A DNA stretch of 64,000 nucleotides, taken from a virus. The translations under genes were made by a program, and so were the position numbers. Positions 8,126 to 18,220 of the stretch are shown here, one piece after another. Each line of letters begins with the position of its first letter. Position 1 is the stretch's first letter. The notes beneath the pieces were generated by a model. That model had not been told where the DNA came from, did no database searches, and worked only from the letters and a program-made list of their open reading frames with translations. The stretch covers positions 1-64,000 of the IMG/VR virus record IMGVR_UViG_3300013004_000026. One strand, 5' to 3'.

Positions 8126-10391
8126 TGCTGTCTATAGAAGGAATTACTGCCAAATTGGTTGTGGTGATATCAAATTCTAGCTTGTCGTTACGATAGTCTA
8201 CTGACACCGTGTTATTTGCCCCTAGGCGATCAAAAAGAATTTTACGACTTAACGGAACCTTTATCAGATCATTAATCTTACGACCCAACGGGCGGGCACC
8301 CATCTTGGGATCAAAGCCTTGGTCAATAATGTGTTCAATCGCTGAGTCAGATAATTTTACCTTGATGCCTTTGTCAATCAACAAGTCATTCATTTCATTG
8401 ATGAACTTGTTCACAATAAGGCGCATGCTGTTCTTTTCTAGCTTGTTAAACTTGCATATTGCATCTAGTCTATTTCTAAACTCTGGCCTAAAGTAATTTT
8501 TCACTGCTTTATCGTCTTCACCTGACTTTTGCAAGTCGCGTCCAAAGCCAATATTGTTTCTTTCGTTGTCTGCTGCACCTAGGTTACTGGTCATTATCAC
8601 AATGCAATTACGGCAATCTGCTTTTTTGCCATTGCTGCTGGTAACAGTGCCTTCATCCATAACAGTGAGCATGATGTTGCTGACATCAGGGTGAGCTTTT
8701 TCAATTTCGTCAAAAAGAATAATAGCATTGGGATTCTTTTCAATGTCACTGATCAACAAGCCCCCGCCTAGATTACTGTCATCATATCCAACATAGCCAG
8801 GTGGTGCGCCAATTAGTTTGGCCACACTGTGTTTTTCCTGATACTCGCTCATGTCGTAGCGTAACAATTTCATGCCTAAAAACTCAGCCAACAACTTGGC
8901 AAGCTCAGTTTTACCAGTGCCTGTGGGACCAGTAAACAAAAATGTGCCAACTGGTTTGTTCAATGGTTTTAGTCCTGCACGACTTACATAAATCTTTTCA
9001 AGCACCATTTCAACTGCACTGTCTTGTCCGTAAAGTCTGCTCTTTACTTTTGGTTCAAGATTCTGAATGTTGCTGCCATCGCCTTCAACATCGCCGGTGA
9101 GTTGCTCAACTGGAATTTTTGTAAACTTACTCAAACATTCAATGATGTTTTTACGATTTACTGTCCAATTTGTTTGATAGATCTTGGCTTTGGCACAAGC
9201 AGTATCAATCAAATCAATTGCTTTGTCTGGCAATTTTTTGTCACTTTGATAGCGCACACTGAGGTCCACGGCGCTTTCAATTGCATCGTCTGAAATATTA
9301 CCGCCATGAAATTCTTCAAAGTGAACACGGAGGCCAAATAGAATATCTTTGGCCACAGCCGGTGTGGGTTCGTCTACTGTGAGTCTATAGAACCTGCGCA
9401 TGAGCGCACGATCTTTTTCAAAAGTTTGAGTGTATTCTTCCCAAGTAGTAGACGCAATCACTTTGATACGACCCTTGGTCAATGCAGGTTTGATCATGTT
9501 TGCAAAGTCAACATTGCTACCCGACCCTGAGCCTGCACCACGCATTTGATGTGCTTCGTCAATGAACAAAATTGTTTTGCCACGAATGTTCAGCGCCTTG
9601 ATTACATCTTTGAGTTTTTCTTCAAACTCTCCGCGGTACTTACTACCTGCTAGCAAACTGCCAATGTCAAGATTGTAAACAGTATAGTCTCTCAAATAGT
9701 CAGGAACATCTCCTTCAACAATGCGTCGAGCCAGTCCTTCGGCAATAGCTGTTTTACCAACCCCTGCGTCGCCTACCATGAGAATGTTGCTTTTGTTTCG
9801 TTTGGCAAGCACATGCGCTATTTCGTCGAGCTCGTGCTCGCGACCAATTACAGGATCAATTTTGCCTTCAGTGGCTAATTCGTTAAGATCATCGCAGTAT
9901 TCTTTTAGTACTTCGATTGCTCGTTGCTTAGAGGCATTTTTCCTACTGTTGCCTTCTTTGTAGTTTTCATTGTAGAATTCAATTATCTTGGCTCTGTCAA
10001 TGCCGTGTTTAATAATAAAATAAGCAGCATGACTGTTTTGTTCGCCGGTGATGCTCAAAAATAAATCCATGACCTGCATGTGATTGCGACCACTGAACAG
10101 AACTTGTGTTAGACTACGATTAAACACACGCTCTAACGCATGAGTTTTTTTTGGTTGCAGATCTTCGTCGTTGGCTTGATTGCCATTGTCAAATCTATTG
10201 TTGTAACTGTCAATATCGTTTAATATCGCGTCAACATCTGTGCCAAAGTTCTTGAGAAGATCACCAAATGGACGGTAATTAAGTATGGCATACAATAGAT
10301 GCTCCAAGGTTACATATTCGTGTTTGTGCCTTTTAGCATTATCGCCAGCAGCAGAAATAATGAGTTCAATTTCAGGATTAGCCTGTATCAT
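8091..10391 (-). CDS. clpA: ClpA-type Hsp100 AAA+ ATPase
   Basis: Clp N-domain ([10 protein letters not shown]), two Walker A motifs ([16 protein letters not shown]), [22 protein letters not shown] ClpP-docking loop; no ClpB middle domain. Confidence 0.92.
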   Translation of the reverse strand: MIQANPEIELIISAAGDNAKRHKHEYVTLEHLLYAILNYRPFGDLLKNFGTDVDAILNDIDSYNNRFDNGNQANDEDLQPKKTHALERVFNRSLTQVLFSGRNHMQVMDLFLSITGEQNSHAAYFIIKHGIDRAKIIEFYNENYKEGNSRKNASKQRAIEVLKEYCDDLNELATEGKIDPVIGREHELDEIAHVLAKRNKSNILMVGDAGVGKTAIAEGLARRIVEGDVPDYLRDYTVYNLDIGSLLAGSKYRGEFEEKLKDVIKALNIRGKTILFIDEAHQMRGAGSGSGSNVDFANMIKPALTKGRIKVIASTTWEEYTQTFEKDRALMRRFYRLTVDEPTPAVAKDILFGLRVHFEEFHGGNISDDAIESAVDLSVRYQSDKKLPDKAIDLIDTACAKAKIYQTNWTVNRKNIIECLSKFTKIPVEQLTGDVEGDGSNIQNLEPKVKSRLYGQDSAVEMVLEKIYVSRAGLKPLNKPVGTFLFTGPTGTGKTELAKLLAEFLGMKLLRYDMSEYQEKHSVAKLIGAPPGYVGYDDSNLGGGLLISDIEKNPNAIILFDEIEKAHPDVSNIMLTVMDEGTVTSSNGKKADCRNCIVIMTSNLGAADNERNNIGFGRDLQKSGEDDKAVKNYFRPEFRNRLDAICKFNKLEKNSMRLIVNKFINEMNDLLIDKGIKVKLSDSAIEHIIDQGFDPKMGARPLGRKINDLIKVPLSRKILFDRLGANNTVSVDYRNDKLEFDITTTNLAVIPSIDSNGYIVLDGIKS

Positions 10392-10414
10392 GCTTTGCCT
10401 TTAGATAAAGATAT

Positions 10415-11251
10415 TTATAAAACTTGCTTTAATTGTTCAATCAGGTCAACTGCTTGTGGATTTGTAATCACCGGCACAGTCAGAGCGATTTCTACAATCA
10501 GATTACCACGACGCATGGTGTTGATGTCATACAAGCCTTGATTTGGCAGTCTTAGTCTTGCACCATGTTTAGCACCGGCTGGTATAGAAAGTCTAAACAC
10601 TTTGTTTTCAATGTTAGGAACATCTATATCTGTACCAGTCATTGCATCTAAACAGTTTACATTGACCTTGTACACAAGATCAATGCCTTCAAGTTGAAAT
10701 CTAACATCCTCTCTGACCAAAAAATTTATATACAAGTCGCCTCTTGGGATAGTAGCAAACATGTTATCGCCTAAGCCGGCATAACGCATTTGATGTCCTG
10801 TTGCTATGCCACGCGGTATTTTTACTTCAACAGTTTGTCTTTCGCCGGTGGTAGTTTGTACACTGATAGTTTTGGTTTGTTCGCTTAGTGTGCTTTCTAG
10901 CTCTAGTTCAATTTGAATTCTTAAATCTTTATTTTTTCGATGCTGTTGCCGCATATGAGCAAATGGATCTGGGCCGCCGGCGCCACCAAACCCAAACGAA
11001 GCAAAAATTTCATCAAGGGGGTTTCCTTGACCAAAATGGAAATGAAATCCTTGATGCTGCGGTTGCGGGTTATCATATTCCTGGCGTTTCTGTGAGTCGC
11101 CTAGAGTAGCATACGCTTCTTGAATTTTTTGAAATTGATTTTGATCGCCGCCGCGATCCGGATGGTGCTTCATCGCTAGTTTGCGATAAGCCTTTTTGAT
11201 ATCTTCGTCAGATGCCCCTCGGGGAACACCCAGTATTGAATAGTAGTCCAT
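10415..11251 (-). CDS. dnaJ: DnaJ-family co-chaperone (no Zn finger, CbpA-like)
   Basis: DYYSILGV...HHPDRGG J-domain, G/F region, DnaJ C-domain; start moved to MDYY because the -10 box abuts the first ATG. Confidence 0.9.
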   Translation of the reverse strand: MDYYSILGVPRGASDEDIKKAYRKLAMKHHPDRGGDQNQFQKIQEAYATLGDSQKRQEYDNPQPQHQGFHFHFGQGNPLDEIFASFGFGGAGGPDPFAHMRQQHRKNKDLRIQIELELESTLSEQTKTISVQTTTGERQTVEVKIPRGIATGHQMRYAGLGDNMFATIPRGDLYINFLVREDVRFQLEGIDLVYKVNVNCLDAMTGTDIDVPNIENKVFRLSIPAGAKHGARLRLPNQGLYDINTMRRGNLIVEIALTVPVITNPQAVDLIEQLKQVL

Positions 11252-11257
11252 GCGCAT

Positions 11258-11286
11258 AGTTTACACGTTAATTAACCATGTGTCAA
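11258..11286 (-). promoter_or_regulatory. sigma70-type promoter for dnaJ (leaderless)
   Basis: TTGACA-17 nt-TAAACT, 6 nt before ATG at 11251. Confidence 0.75.
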
Positions 11287-11315
11287 GCGGAAATCCCTTG
11301 TTAGGCAATTTCCGC
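11287..11315 (-). terminator. Hairpin terminating the lysis run, abutting the dnaJ -35 box
   Basis: GCGGAAAT...ATTTCCGC inverted repeat; weak U tail. Confidence 0.5.
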
Positions 11316-11343
11316 TGACTTGTTTATGCAATTACTTATTTGA

Positions 11344-11832
11344 CTACTGCTTGTCGCCGAGTTTTTCTTTGGTACGACCGTATGCGGCAATACCAAGCAC
11401 AGCACCCATGGCAATATGATACAGGCCTGCGCCTTGTAGTGTCAGTGGTTGCCATTGACTTGTAACCTGCCCGCCTTGTAGTGTTTGCAAAATACTCCAA
11501 AGAATTGGAAAGATAACAAAGTCAAAGAAACAGGTAAGCATGTACAACCAACCCATTGCTGGACGCCACTTGTTATTGATCCAATCTGTGTTGGTGTTGG
11601 CCACGGTGCTTTCTGCGCCGCCGGCCACTGCCGCGGCTGCACTGGCTGTGCGGTCTGGTGCATGACCCTGTGGTGCTGCTTGTGGTACTGATGCTGGTGT
11701 TGGACTTGGTGATGCACCAAAGCCCGGAGTTACTGCACCAAAACTGTTGCTAGGTAAGCCTGCAGGAATTCTTCCGTCTGCATCGCCTGTGTCGCCTAGA
11801 TCGCCAATTGGCGTTTTTCCAAATGCTGCCAT
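11344..11832 (-). CDS. Holin-like protein (GTA 3TM-holin-like) with disordered N-terminus
   Basis: WINNKWRPAMGWLY, C-terminal LGIAAYGRTKEK; located in the lysis run. Confidence 0.65.
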   Translation of the reverse strand: MAAFGKTPIGDLGDTGDADGRIPAGLPSNSFGAVTPGFGASPSPTPASVPQAAPQGHAPDRTASAAAAVAGGAESTVANTNTDWINNKWRPAMGWLYMLTCFFDFVIFPILWSILQTLQGGQVTSQWQPLTLQGAGLYHIAMGAVLGIAAYGRTKEKLGDKQ

Positions 11833-11845
11833 TTTGATTGCTCCT

Positions 11846-11962
11846 TTATGTTTTCTTGAATGCTGCTAAAATTTTTGTCTGTATGGTTTTGGCAAATTCG
11901 GGCTGAGGAAAATTCCACCCAATGAATGCACCAATAGCTAACCAAAATAATGTTTCAAGCAT
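11846..11962 (-). CDS. 38-aa single-TM peptide, not in ORF track
   Basis: MLETLFWLAIGAFIGWNFPQPEFAKTIQTKILAAFKKT; GGAGGAG RBS. Confidence 0.65.
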   Translation of the reverse strand: MLETLFWLAIGAFIGWNFPQPEFAKTIQTKILAAFKKT

Positions 11963-11974
11963 GATACTCCTCCG

Positions 11975-12538
11975 TTATAGAAATAAAAATACACCCTGGG
12001 CACTTAGAGCCAACCCAGCTGCGGCCACTACAAAACTGCCCCAGAACATGGGCGTGCTCACAGCCAAAATGCTAGCAGACAACACCACAATAGCCAGCTG
12101 GTATGCAGTTGATGCGTATCCTATCCATGGACTAGACTTCTTGGCTTCTTCACGAGCCGCTTCCATTTCTCTTGCTTTGACAGCAATTTCTTTCTTGTCA
12201 GCATCCATGCGCTCTTTCTCTGCCATGAACTGTGCTTTGATTTTTGGATCACTAGTTGTTTTGGCAGCGATTTCGTAGCTGACACCGCGACTTGCTTTGG
12301 CTTGATACTGGGCCCAGGTGTTGTTGGCTCCCAGGGTATTGTTAAGCACTGTTGAACTTAACTTACCACCATACCAGGAATTCACTGCCAGAAATAAAGC
12401 AAATACAGAAATAACCATACCTGCTTTGTCTTTGATTTTTGCCTCGCGCTCGCTGCGACTGCCCGGAGCTGGCTTTGGGGCATTGTCGTCTTTGGGTTCT
12501 TTGTTAATTAATTTGAGAATAGAATCTTGTATTGCCAT
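11975..12538 (-). CDS. DUF4337-like membrane protein
   Basis: TM, ANNTWAQYQAK, coiled coil, QLAIVVLSASIL, C-terminal TM. Confidence 0.65.
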   Translation of the reverse strand: MAIQDSILKLINKEPKDDNAPKPAPGSRSEREAKIKDKAGMVISVFALFLAVNSWYGGKLSSTVLNNTLGANNTWAQYQAKASRGVSYEIAAKTTSDPKIKAQFMAEKERMDADKKEIAVKAREMEAAREEAKKSSPWIGYASTAYQLAIVVLSASILAVSTPMFWGSFVVAAAGLALSAQGVFLFL

Positions 12539-12549
12539 TGTTAAACTCC

Positions 12550-12804
12550 TTAAACTGTTTGTGCTTCTGCAATAATAGCAGACAACACACCATTGAGATC
12601 ATCCTTCTTTAGAATTTCGTCTGGTGTGGCATTCACGCTGGTCATTTTCATCATTTCTGTGAACATGTGAGTAAGTGCCGGTTCTGGCATTTCTTTGCTT
12701 TCAAACAGGCGTACAAGATTCTTTGCCTTGAATCCAATGTCGCCTAACCACCCGCCCATGTTGTGGTACATGTCTAGGTTGTCTTTGTGAGATGATGTAA
12801 TCAT
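12550..12804 (-). CDS. Hypothetical helical protein (paralogue of 12817..13080)
   Basis: Shared NA..D....K..LN...SA....A pattern. Confidence 0.6.
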   Translation of the reverse strand: MITSSHKDNLDMYHNMGGWLGDIGFKAKNLVRLFESKEMPEPALTHMFTEMMKMTSVNATPDEILKKDDLNGVLSAIIAEAQTV

Positions 12805-12816
12805 AATTATTTTACC

Positions 12817-13080
12817 TTATACGCTGGATAGTAAGCTGGCTGCATTTAGCACAGCTGAACAAATACTATTTAATCTTTCTTTGGCAGCCAGATCGTCGCA
12901 TTGTGCATTGATCAAGTTTTCTACCTGCAGGTCAGCGACCAATTCTTGATACTCGTCGCTGCTCATTCTACCTGCTTGAAACTCCATGGTATACTCGGAT
13001 AGCATGGCAGCAGCCTGCGCCATACGAGGATCCTGTGTTTCAGTACCATGCACACTGTCTAGTATGTCTTGTGCTTTCAT
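12817..13080 (-). CDS. Hypothetical helical protein
   Basis: 87-aa ORF coupled to the lipoprotein gene. Confidence 0.65.
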   Translation of the reverse strand: MKAQDILDSVHGTETQDPRMAQAAAMLSEYTMEFQAGRMSSDEYQELVADLQVENLINAQCDDLAAKERLNSICSAVLNAASLLSSV

Positions 13081-13481
13081 CTTGGCTTGGCTCCTATTAC
13101 TTTTTGTATGTTTTCTGCACTGCGTTCAATGGCTGCAAATTTTGCCTTGCAGTAAACAGTACTGGGCGGTTTGTCGCCTTGATATCTTTTATAAAACTCA
13201 TCAGTAATTGTTGTCAAGGTGTCGGCCAATTGAAAACTGTTTTCATTGCGTGGAATCATTTCTGCATAGTTCTTGTACTCTTGAGACACCACATGAATGT
13301 ACTTCACATGTTCAACCACAGCATCTGTTCCACATTTTGGTATCCCCAGCTGAGCATGTGTGCGTATCCGAGTTATGTATTGGTATTCATTGACATCAAA
13401 CTTGGCCATGAAATAGGCATCCCAAACAGCACAGCCTGATAACGCACTGGTCAACAATATCACAGCAAGAACTTTTTTCAT
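13077..13481 (-). CDS. Lipoprotein
   Basis: MKK + hydrophobic stretch + ALSGC lipobox. Confidence 0.75.
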   Translation of the reverse strand: MKKVLAVILLTSALSGCAVWDAYFMAKFDVNEYQYITRIRTHAQLGIPKCGTDAVVEHVKYIHVVSQEYKNYAEMIPRNENSFQLADTLTTITDEFYKRYQGDKPPSTVYCKAKFAAIERSAENIQKVIGAKPR

Positions 13482-13744
13482 TTCAAACTTTCATATATTT
13501 TTTTCTGGGTGGTATACCACTCTAACCAACCTTCGACCTTGATTGAACACTCGTGATATTTGGTATAATTGTCTAGTACAGTTTTGTGTAAATCAACTAT
13601 GCTGACTTTTTCACCTTGGATTTTGTCCAAGGTGACACAGCTTTGATCTAACGAAGGGGGAATATCAGGAAATTTCATTACCACAGGCACTGTGGTGGAA
13701 CATCCTGTGAGCAACATGGCAAATACGATTGAATATGTTTTCAT
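13478..13744 (-). CDS. o-spanin (Rz1-like) lipoprotein
   Basis: LLTGC lipobox, Pro-rich segment, two further Cys; follows the i-spanin candidate. Confidence 0.75.
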   Translation of the reverse strand: MKTYSIVFAMLLTGCSTTVPVVMKFPDIPPSLDQSCVTLDKIQGEKVSIVDLHKTVLDNYTKYHECSIKVEGWLEWYTTQKKIYESLK

Positions 13745-14274
13745 TTTGATTCAGCGGCCTTATTGAGTTCTTCCACTATAATTTGCGGAACTGAGAAATT
13801 CTTGATAGAATCTTCCAATTCCTTTTGTTTGACCAAGAACTTTTGGCGTTCTTCATCGCTCATGTCTTTGATGATTTCTGTTGTGTCGCCTTTGACCACA
13901 CGATCAATGTACTCTATCTGTTGCTGGCCTTTTTCTTTGACGACCTTGACTTTTTCCACTATCTTGGTTTGAATCACAGTGTTGACCTGTTGAGATTTTA
14001 CTTCAGCTTCGGCTACCTTTTTCTCCAGTTCAGCCACACGCTCGCGCCAGCCTAGTTCTGTGCCCAGACCACCAATCATGAAAGCACCTAGACCATAGGC
14101 TAGAATACCAACCACTTGAGTAGGAAAGCGATATTGATTAATGAATGGAATGAAACTTACAAACCAGCTGATCAATATTAGAGCAATGCCTAGAAAGAAA
14201 CAGCCGTAAAAAACCAACATGAGCAGACTATCTGGTAACCAGTTGACCATCCAACTTATGGCTGACCAGCTCAT
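13741..14274 (-). CDS. i-spanin (Rz-like)
   Basis: N-terminal TMs then coiled coil; directly after the endolysin. Confidence 0.7.
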   Translation of the reverse strand: MSWSAISWMVNWLPDSLLMLVFYGCFFLGIALILISWFVSFIPFINQYRFPTQVVGILAYGLGAFMIGGLGTELGWRERVAELEKKVAEAEVKSQQVNTVIQTKIVEKVKVVKEKGQQQIEYIDRVVKGDTTEIIKDMSDEERQKFLVKQKELEDSIKNFSVPQIIVEELNKAAESK

Positions 14275-14276
14275 GA

Positions 14277-14906
14277 TTAGTGCCCTTTCAGCACATGCAT
14301 GGCATGGGTGATGTGTTTGATACGATCTTCAAGTCCAATGAAACCGCCGTTGATTTTTCTAGTCAACAGTTTCACATCCATCTTGTCAGCTTGGTTGTTG
14401 AGGTTGTTTGCTTCCCAGAACCAGCAGGCGCTTTGCACAGAGCCTTCATATGTTTCCAGGAACTTGACAGTTTCTTCAACTGTTTCTTCAATACTCATTG
14501 CAAAGTTTTCGTAGTTGTCTTTGCCAGTGAGTTGAATCAATCCACGGCCACGGTATTTCCACCCGTCGCCTGATCGCTCATCACCGTTGCCCATGCGGCT
14601 AGCATAAACTCTATTGGCAATCTTTTCTGGATTGCGAGCATAAGGCTTGGCACTTTCTACTGTGGGGAAATACTTCTTAAATATTTTGTTCAAGCCTTCT
14701 GCTGAATAGTTTAGATTTTCTCTCAGGAATCTATAGTTGCCGCTTTCGTGGGCAGTCTGCCCTATCCAGCATGCCACACGCTCGGGCGTGTCAATTTCAT
14801 AGTCAGGTAGAATGGCCTGAATGGCCAAGAACCATTGATCCACATGTGGGGCTCCAACCAGTATCTGTCTAAGTTTTGCTTCAGTGAATTCAAATTTGAA
14901 ACTCAT
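14277..14906 (-). CDS. GH19 (chitinase-like) endolysin
   Basis: AHES, ENLNYS, GDGWKYRGRGLIQLTGKDNY, INGG..GLEDR. Confidence 0.9.
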   Translation of the reverse strand: MSFKFEFTEAKLRQILVGAPHVDQWFLAIQAILPDYEIDTPERVACWIGQTAHESGNYRFLRENLNYSAEGLNKIFKKYFPTVESAKPYARNPEKIANRVYASRMGNGDERSGDGWKYRGRGLIQLTGKDNYENFAMSIEETVEETVKFLETYEGSVQSACWFWEANNLNNQADKMDVKLLTRKINGGFIGLEDRIKHITHAMHVLKGH

Positions 14907-14915
14907 AATTGCTCC

Positions 14916-15446
14916 TTAAAGTATGCCTGCTGCTACTCGCAGGCTTTCGGTAAAATCGTTCTTAGGTGCCTTGGTGTCGACATCGATACCAGCGGCAGTT
15001 TTTAATTGGTCAATTTCTTGCTTGCTATACATGCGTTTGTATTCTTTAGCACTGCATGGAATAACTCTTTCAAGTGTTTCTAATTCTAGAGGATACTCTA
15101 TTGATTGATGACGGTATTTCACTCTATAGTCCTCTAACTTTTGTTCAGTGAGATTCATAAGATCGGTCATGAATTCTAAGATATGCTTCACGCAGTTGTT
15201 GTCTCTGGGCAATTCTATAAACACTACATGGGCGCCGTCTTCCAACTCGCCTGGACTTACATCTGCGTCAAGCACCCAGTCATAACCTTTTTCTACAAAC
15301 GCACAGATATCTTGACATGGTTCTTTACCTGCTACCTTAAGGCTCACTACTACCACATCTTTGTTGTCGCCTAGTTTGCTTGAAAACTCGTCAATGTGTA
15401 GCTCGTCGTGTACCAGTCGTTTTAGATCGCCGTATTCAAGACTCAT
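14916..15446 (-). CDS. Conserved phage hypothetical protein
   Basis: 176-aa acidic ORF, ATGA coupled. Confidence 0.7.
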   Translation of the reverse strand: MSLEYGDLKRLVHDELHIDEFSSKLGDNKDVVVVSLKVAGKEPCQDICAFVEKGYDWVLDADVSPGELEDGAHVVFIELPRDNNCVKHILEFMTDLMNLTEQKLEDYRVKYRHQSIEYPLELETLERVIPCSAKEYKRMYSKQEIDQLKTAAGIDVDTKAPKNDFTESLRVAAGIL

Positions 15447-15991
15447 ACTTGTCCTCCAGTGGCAGGTTGTTCTGCACTGCTCTGATTTTCTTCTGTACGA
15501 TTTACATCATCGTCGGTACCTGCTTCGTAGGCCTGATCAACGTCCTGCATGTCAATCACATCATCTTCTAGTTCTAAACTGCCTTGATTTATTTCTGTAA
15601 TCAGGCTCTTGGGCATGACCATTTCAACTAACCAAATTGGTTTGCTATCCATGCGTGGATATTTGGTCCCTGGTTCGTAGTCGTCTGGGCTTTTTACTCG
15701 GCGAGGAGATTCTAATCTCTCACGCTTGTAACGGATTTCAATATCATATTCTGTCAATCGCTCTGCACCGCGAGGATCTGGCATGAGTTTGTAAGGCCAC
15801 ATAAAAATGCAAGTTACAAAATATTTTTCAATAGTGGGACCTTCTACCAACTCGCCTTTTTTCCAGTTGCGGAATGCATATAAATCTAATTCATCAAGCA
15901 CACGCTCAAAGTCCAGCAAGATATTAAGGGCACTATCTGTCATATAGATGTCCTTGGTATTTTCAATGATGTCCTTGAGTGAAGCTGGCAT
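15443..15991 (-). CDS. Conserved phage hypothetical protein (late promoter)
   Basis: 182-aa ORF, GGAG RBS, TAAATA at 16008-16013. Confidence 0.7.
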   Translation of the reverse strand: MPASLKDIIENTKDIYMTDSALNILLDFERVLDELDLYAFRNWKKGELVEGPTIEKYFVTCIFMWPYKLMPDPRGAERLTEYDIEIRYKRERLESPRRVKSPDDYEPGTKYPRMDSKPIWLVEMVMPKSLITEINQGSLELEDDVIDMQDVDQAYEAGTDDDVNRTEENQSSAEQPATGGQV

Positions 15992-16010
15992 TTTTATCTC
16001 CGTAGTATAT

Positions 16011-16763
16011 TTATTTTGTTTTTTCGATGCTGCTCAAACGCTTCATCAATTGGCGCCAGCTGTTGGTTACAACTTCATTGTTGCGTAAAACTTCATTGCC
16101 TAGGAAATTTATAACTTTAACAATGGCATCATCAGTGTTGCCATGTTCTGGAATGCACAGCTCTTTGAAACTGATTGGTAAGAATGATTGGCTTGCTGTT
16201 TCAAACACTTCATTATGATAATAACTGATGGCATAGGGCCATATGTTGTGTCCTCTACTCAACAGGTTCAGTAATAAAGTAAGTCTAGGATCTGAGTAAC
16301 TTTGGGGGTCTTTTAGTAGCTCAATGAAGTCTAAATCTGGATCATTATGAGCATTTTTTACAAAGTTGATGAAATAATCATCTACAAACAAATGCCCCAT
16401 ACTTTTGAATTGATCTTCGTACACATGATTCCAGGCCATTTGCAAGTAGTCTTGTCTGTCGCAAACTACCTGTATGATTTTGCAATTACTGTATTGTTGT
16501 CTAATGGTCTCTGCTGGCAAACTGGAAAATCTAACTGGTATGTCAGATTCTGCATGCAATAAACCAAGTAATTGTTTAACATCCAGTACAGACTGGGCAA
16601 ATAAAATATCCTGTTTATCTGCGTAGTCTGGCAACACCGGAACAGCCCAGTCTGGTGTTTCGGATGCGCGATTTATTGCGTAATCAATCAACAGACTTAA
16701 TTGTTTTGCCAGTCCGCCTGGCGGTGCACAAACTATGATATGATACTTGCTGTTAGGTGTCAT
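16011..16763 (-). CDS. Hypothetical protein, possibly sulfotransferase-like P-loop fold
   Basis: IIVCAPPGGLA N-terminal loop and ISFKEL...INFLG C-terminal pattern; weak. Confidence 0.4.
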   Translation of the reverse strand: MTPNSKYHIIVCAPPGGLAKQLSLLIDYAINRASETPDWAVPVLPDYADKQDILFAQSVLDVKQLLGLLHAESDIPVRFSSLPAETIRQQYSNCKIIQVVCDRQDYLQMAWNHVYEDQFKSMGHLFVDDYFINFVKNAHNDPDLDFIELLKDPQSYSDPRLTLLLNLLSRGHNIWPYAISYYHNEVFETASQSFLPISFKELCIPEHGNTDDAIVKVINFLGNEVLRNNEVVTNSWRQLMKRLSSIEKTK

Positions 16764-16896
16764 GATAAAGCCCTCTACGGGTATTTATCAACGAACGCAG
16801 GTGTTGTTGGATCTACCAAAAAATCAGTGGTAGCCTAATACTTAGCTTTATTTTATCAAAAGAAACAGTACACTTATCCAGTGAAGAGAATGTCCG

Positions 16897-16929
16897 TAAA
16901 TATTTGTGTAGACTTGTGTAGCAAGTCTA
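16897..16929 (+). promoter_or_regulatory. Late promoter and 5' hairpin of phoH
   Basis: TAAATA 16897-16902; TAGACTTG-TGTAG-CAAGTCTA 8-bp stem 16909-16929. Confidence 0.55.
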
Positions 16930-16978
16930 ACTTGCTAATATGACAAACTCTACAACATCAATCACAGGAGAGTTACCC

Positions 16979-17710
16979 TTGAGTAAAAGGAAAAATAGAC
17001 TAGCCCTTCAGCCAGTCCATGCAGATAACACAATAAGTTTCAAAGAATACAGTTATCAAAGAAAAGATCCGGTATTAATTCCAAAAAGTCGTAATCAAGA
17101 AATCTACATTGATCTACTCAAAGACGATGAGCGTAAAATCGTGTTTGCCACAGGCCCTGCCGGCACAGGTAAAACCATGTTGGCAGTTGTAGCAGCGGTT
17201 AGAGCTTTGCGTTCAGGGCAGGTAAACAAGTTGATAATCACTCGTCCAGCTGTGGGTGTAGATGACGAAAAACATGGTTTTTTACCCGGCGATATAAATG
17301 CCAAGATGGAGCCTTGGACTCGACCTATTTTTGATATTCTAAAGGAGTACTATAAACCACAAGAAATCACCCGTATGCTAGAAGACCAATTGATAGAGAT
17401 TTCTCCACTGGCATACATGCGAGGGCGAACATTTAAGAACGCATGGATCATCGCAGATGAAATGCAAAACGCCACACCAGGGCAAATGAAGATGCTGCTT
17501 ACTCGTTTAGGTGAAGGTTCTAAAATTGTGGTTACTGGCGACACTCGTCAGGCCGACCGCGCTGATCCAGACAACGGACTACTGGATTTTAGGCGTTTGG
17601 TTGAACAGTACAAACAAAGCCAGTATGTCGCTGGTGTTGAATTGTCGGGCAGGGACATTCATAGACATCCTGCAGTCTTGGAGGTGTTGAAAATTTACAA
17701 AGAAATTTAA
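16979..17710 (+). CDS. phoH: PhoH-family ATPase (probable TTG start)
   Basis: GPAGTGKT, TRPAV, GFLPG, PLAYMRGRTF, ADEMQN, LTRLG, TGD..QAD; AGGAG before TTG at 16979. Confidence 0.93.
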   Translation: MSKRKNRLALQPVHADNTISFKEYSYQRKDPVLIPKSRNQEIYIDLLKDDERKIVFATGPAGTGKTMLAVVAAVRALRSGQVNKLIITRPAVGVDDEKHGFLPGDINAKMEPWTRPIFDILKEYYKPQEITRMLEDQLIEISPLAYMRGRTFKNAWIIADEMQNATPGQMKMLLTRLGEGSKIVVTGDTRQADRADPDNGLLDFRRLVEQYKQSQYVAGVELSGRDIHRHPAVLEVLKIYKEI

Positions 17711-18189
17711 CTAAATTGATTCAGCGCAGCCAAGGTGGTTTCGTAATCCACATGATGTATTGCGTTACCGCCTGCTGCTCGCCATTCAGCAATATTGCTC
17801 TTGCGATCATCAATCAGTATATCGCCAGGCTTACAGTGTGTCCATTTGTCCTTGCTAAAAGGACCAAACATAACTGGAATATCCGGGAAGTAATTCTGCG
17901 CCCAGACAACCTTATCGTAGAATGCCCACGGAACATCGTTGCCTTTAGGTACCGCAGTTAAAAACATCAGTTCCCAGCCCTGAACGGCACATATGGCTTT
18001 GCAGTTGTTGACTAATTCATCGGCATAGGGTGTCTTGACAAGATCTCTATAGAGTCTAGCATTCGTGGCCAGATTGTACCATACTTGATCAGGATAGATT
18101 CCTGCACTAGGTGGTACCCCAAGAGTCCGTGCAGCATATTCATCAAAATCGGCTACCACGCCGTCCATGTCTAAATATAGTGTTTTCAT
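17707..18189 (-). CDS. HAD-family 5'(3')-deoxyribonucleotidase (NT5C-like)
   Basis: LYLDMDGVVADF, ILIDDR..NI.EW...GG. Confidence 0.85.
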   Translation of the reverse strand: MKTLYLDMDGVVADFDEYAARTLGVPPSAGIYPDQVWYNLATNARLYRDLVKTPYADELVNNCKAICAVQGWELMFLTAVPKGNDVPWAFYDKVVWAQNYFPDIPVMFGPFSKDKWTHCKPGDILIDDRKSNIAEWRAAGGNAIHHVDYETTLAALNQFS

Positions 18190-18214
18190 AAAAGTAAGGG
18201 GCCGAAGCCCCTTA
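18190..18214 (-). terminator. Rho-independent terminator after dnaK
   Basis: UAAGGGGC-UUCG-GCCCCUUA followed by CUUUU. Confidence 0.75.
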
Positions 18215-18220
18215 GTGAGT

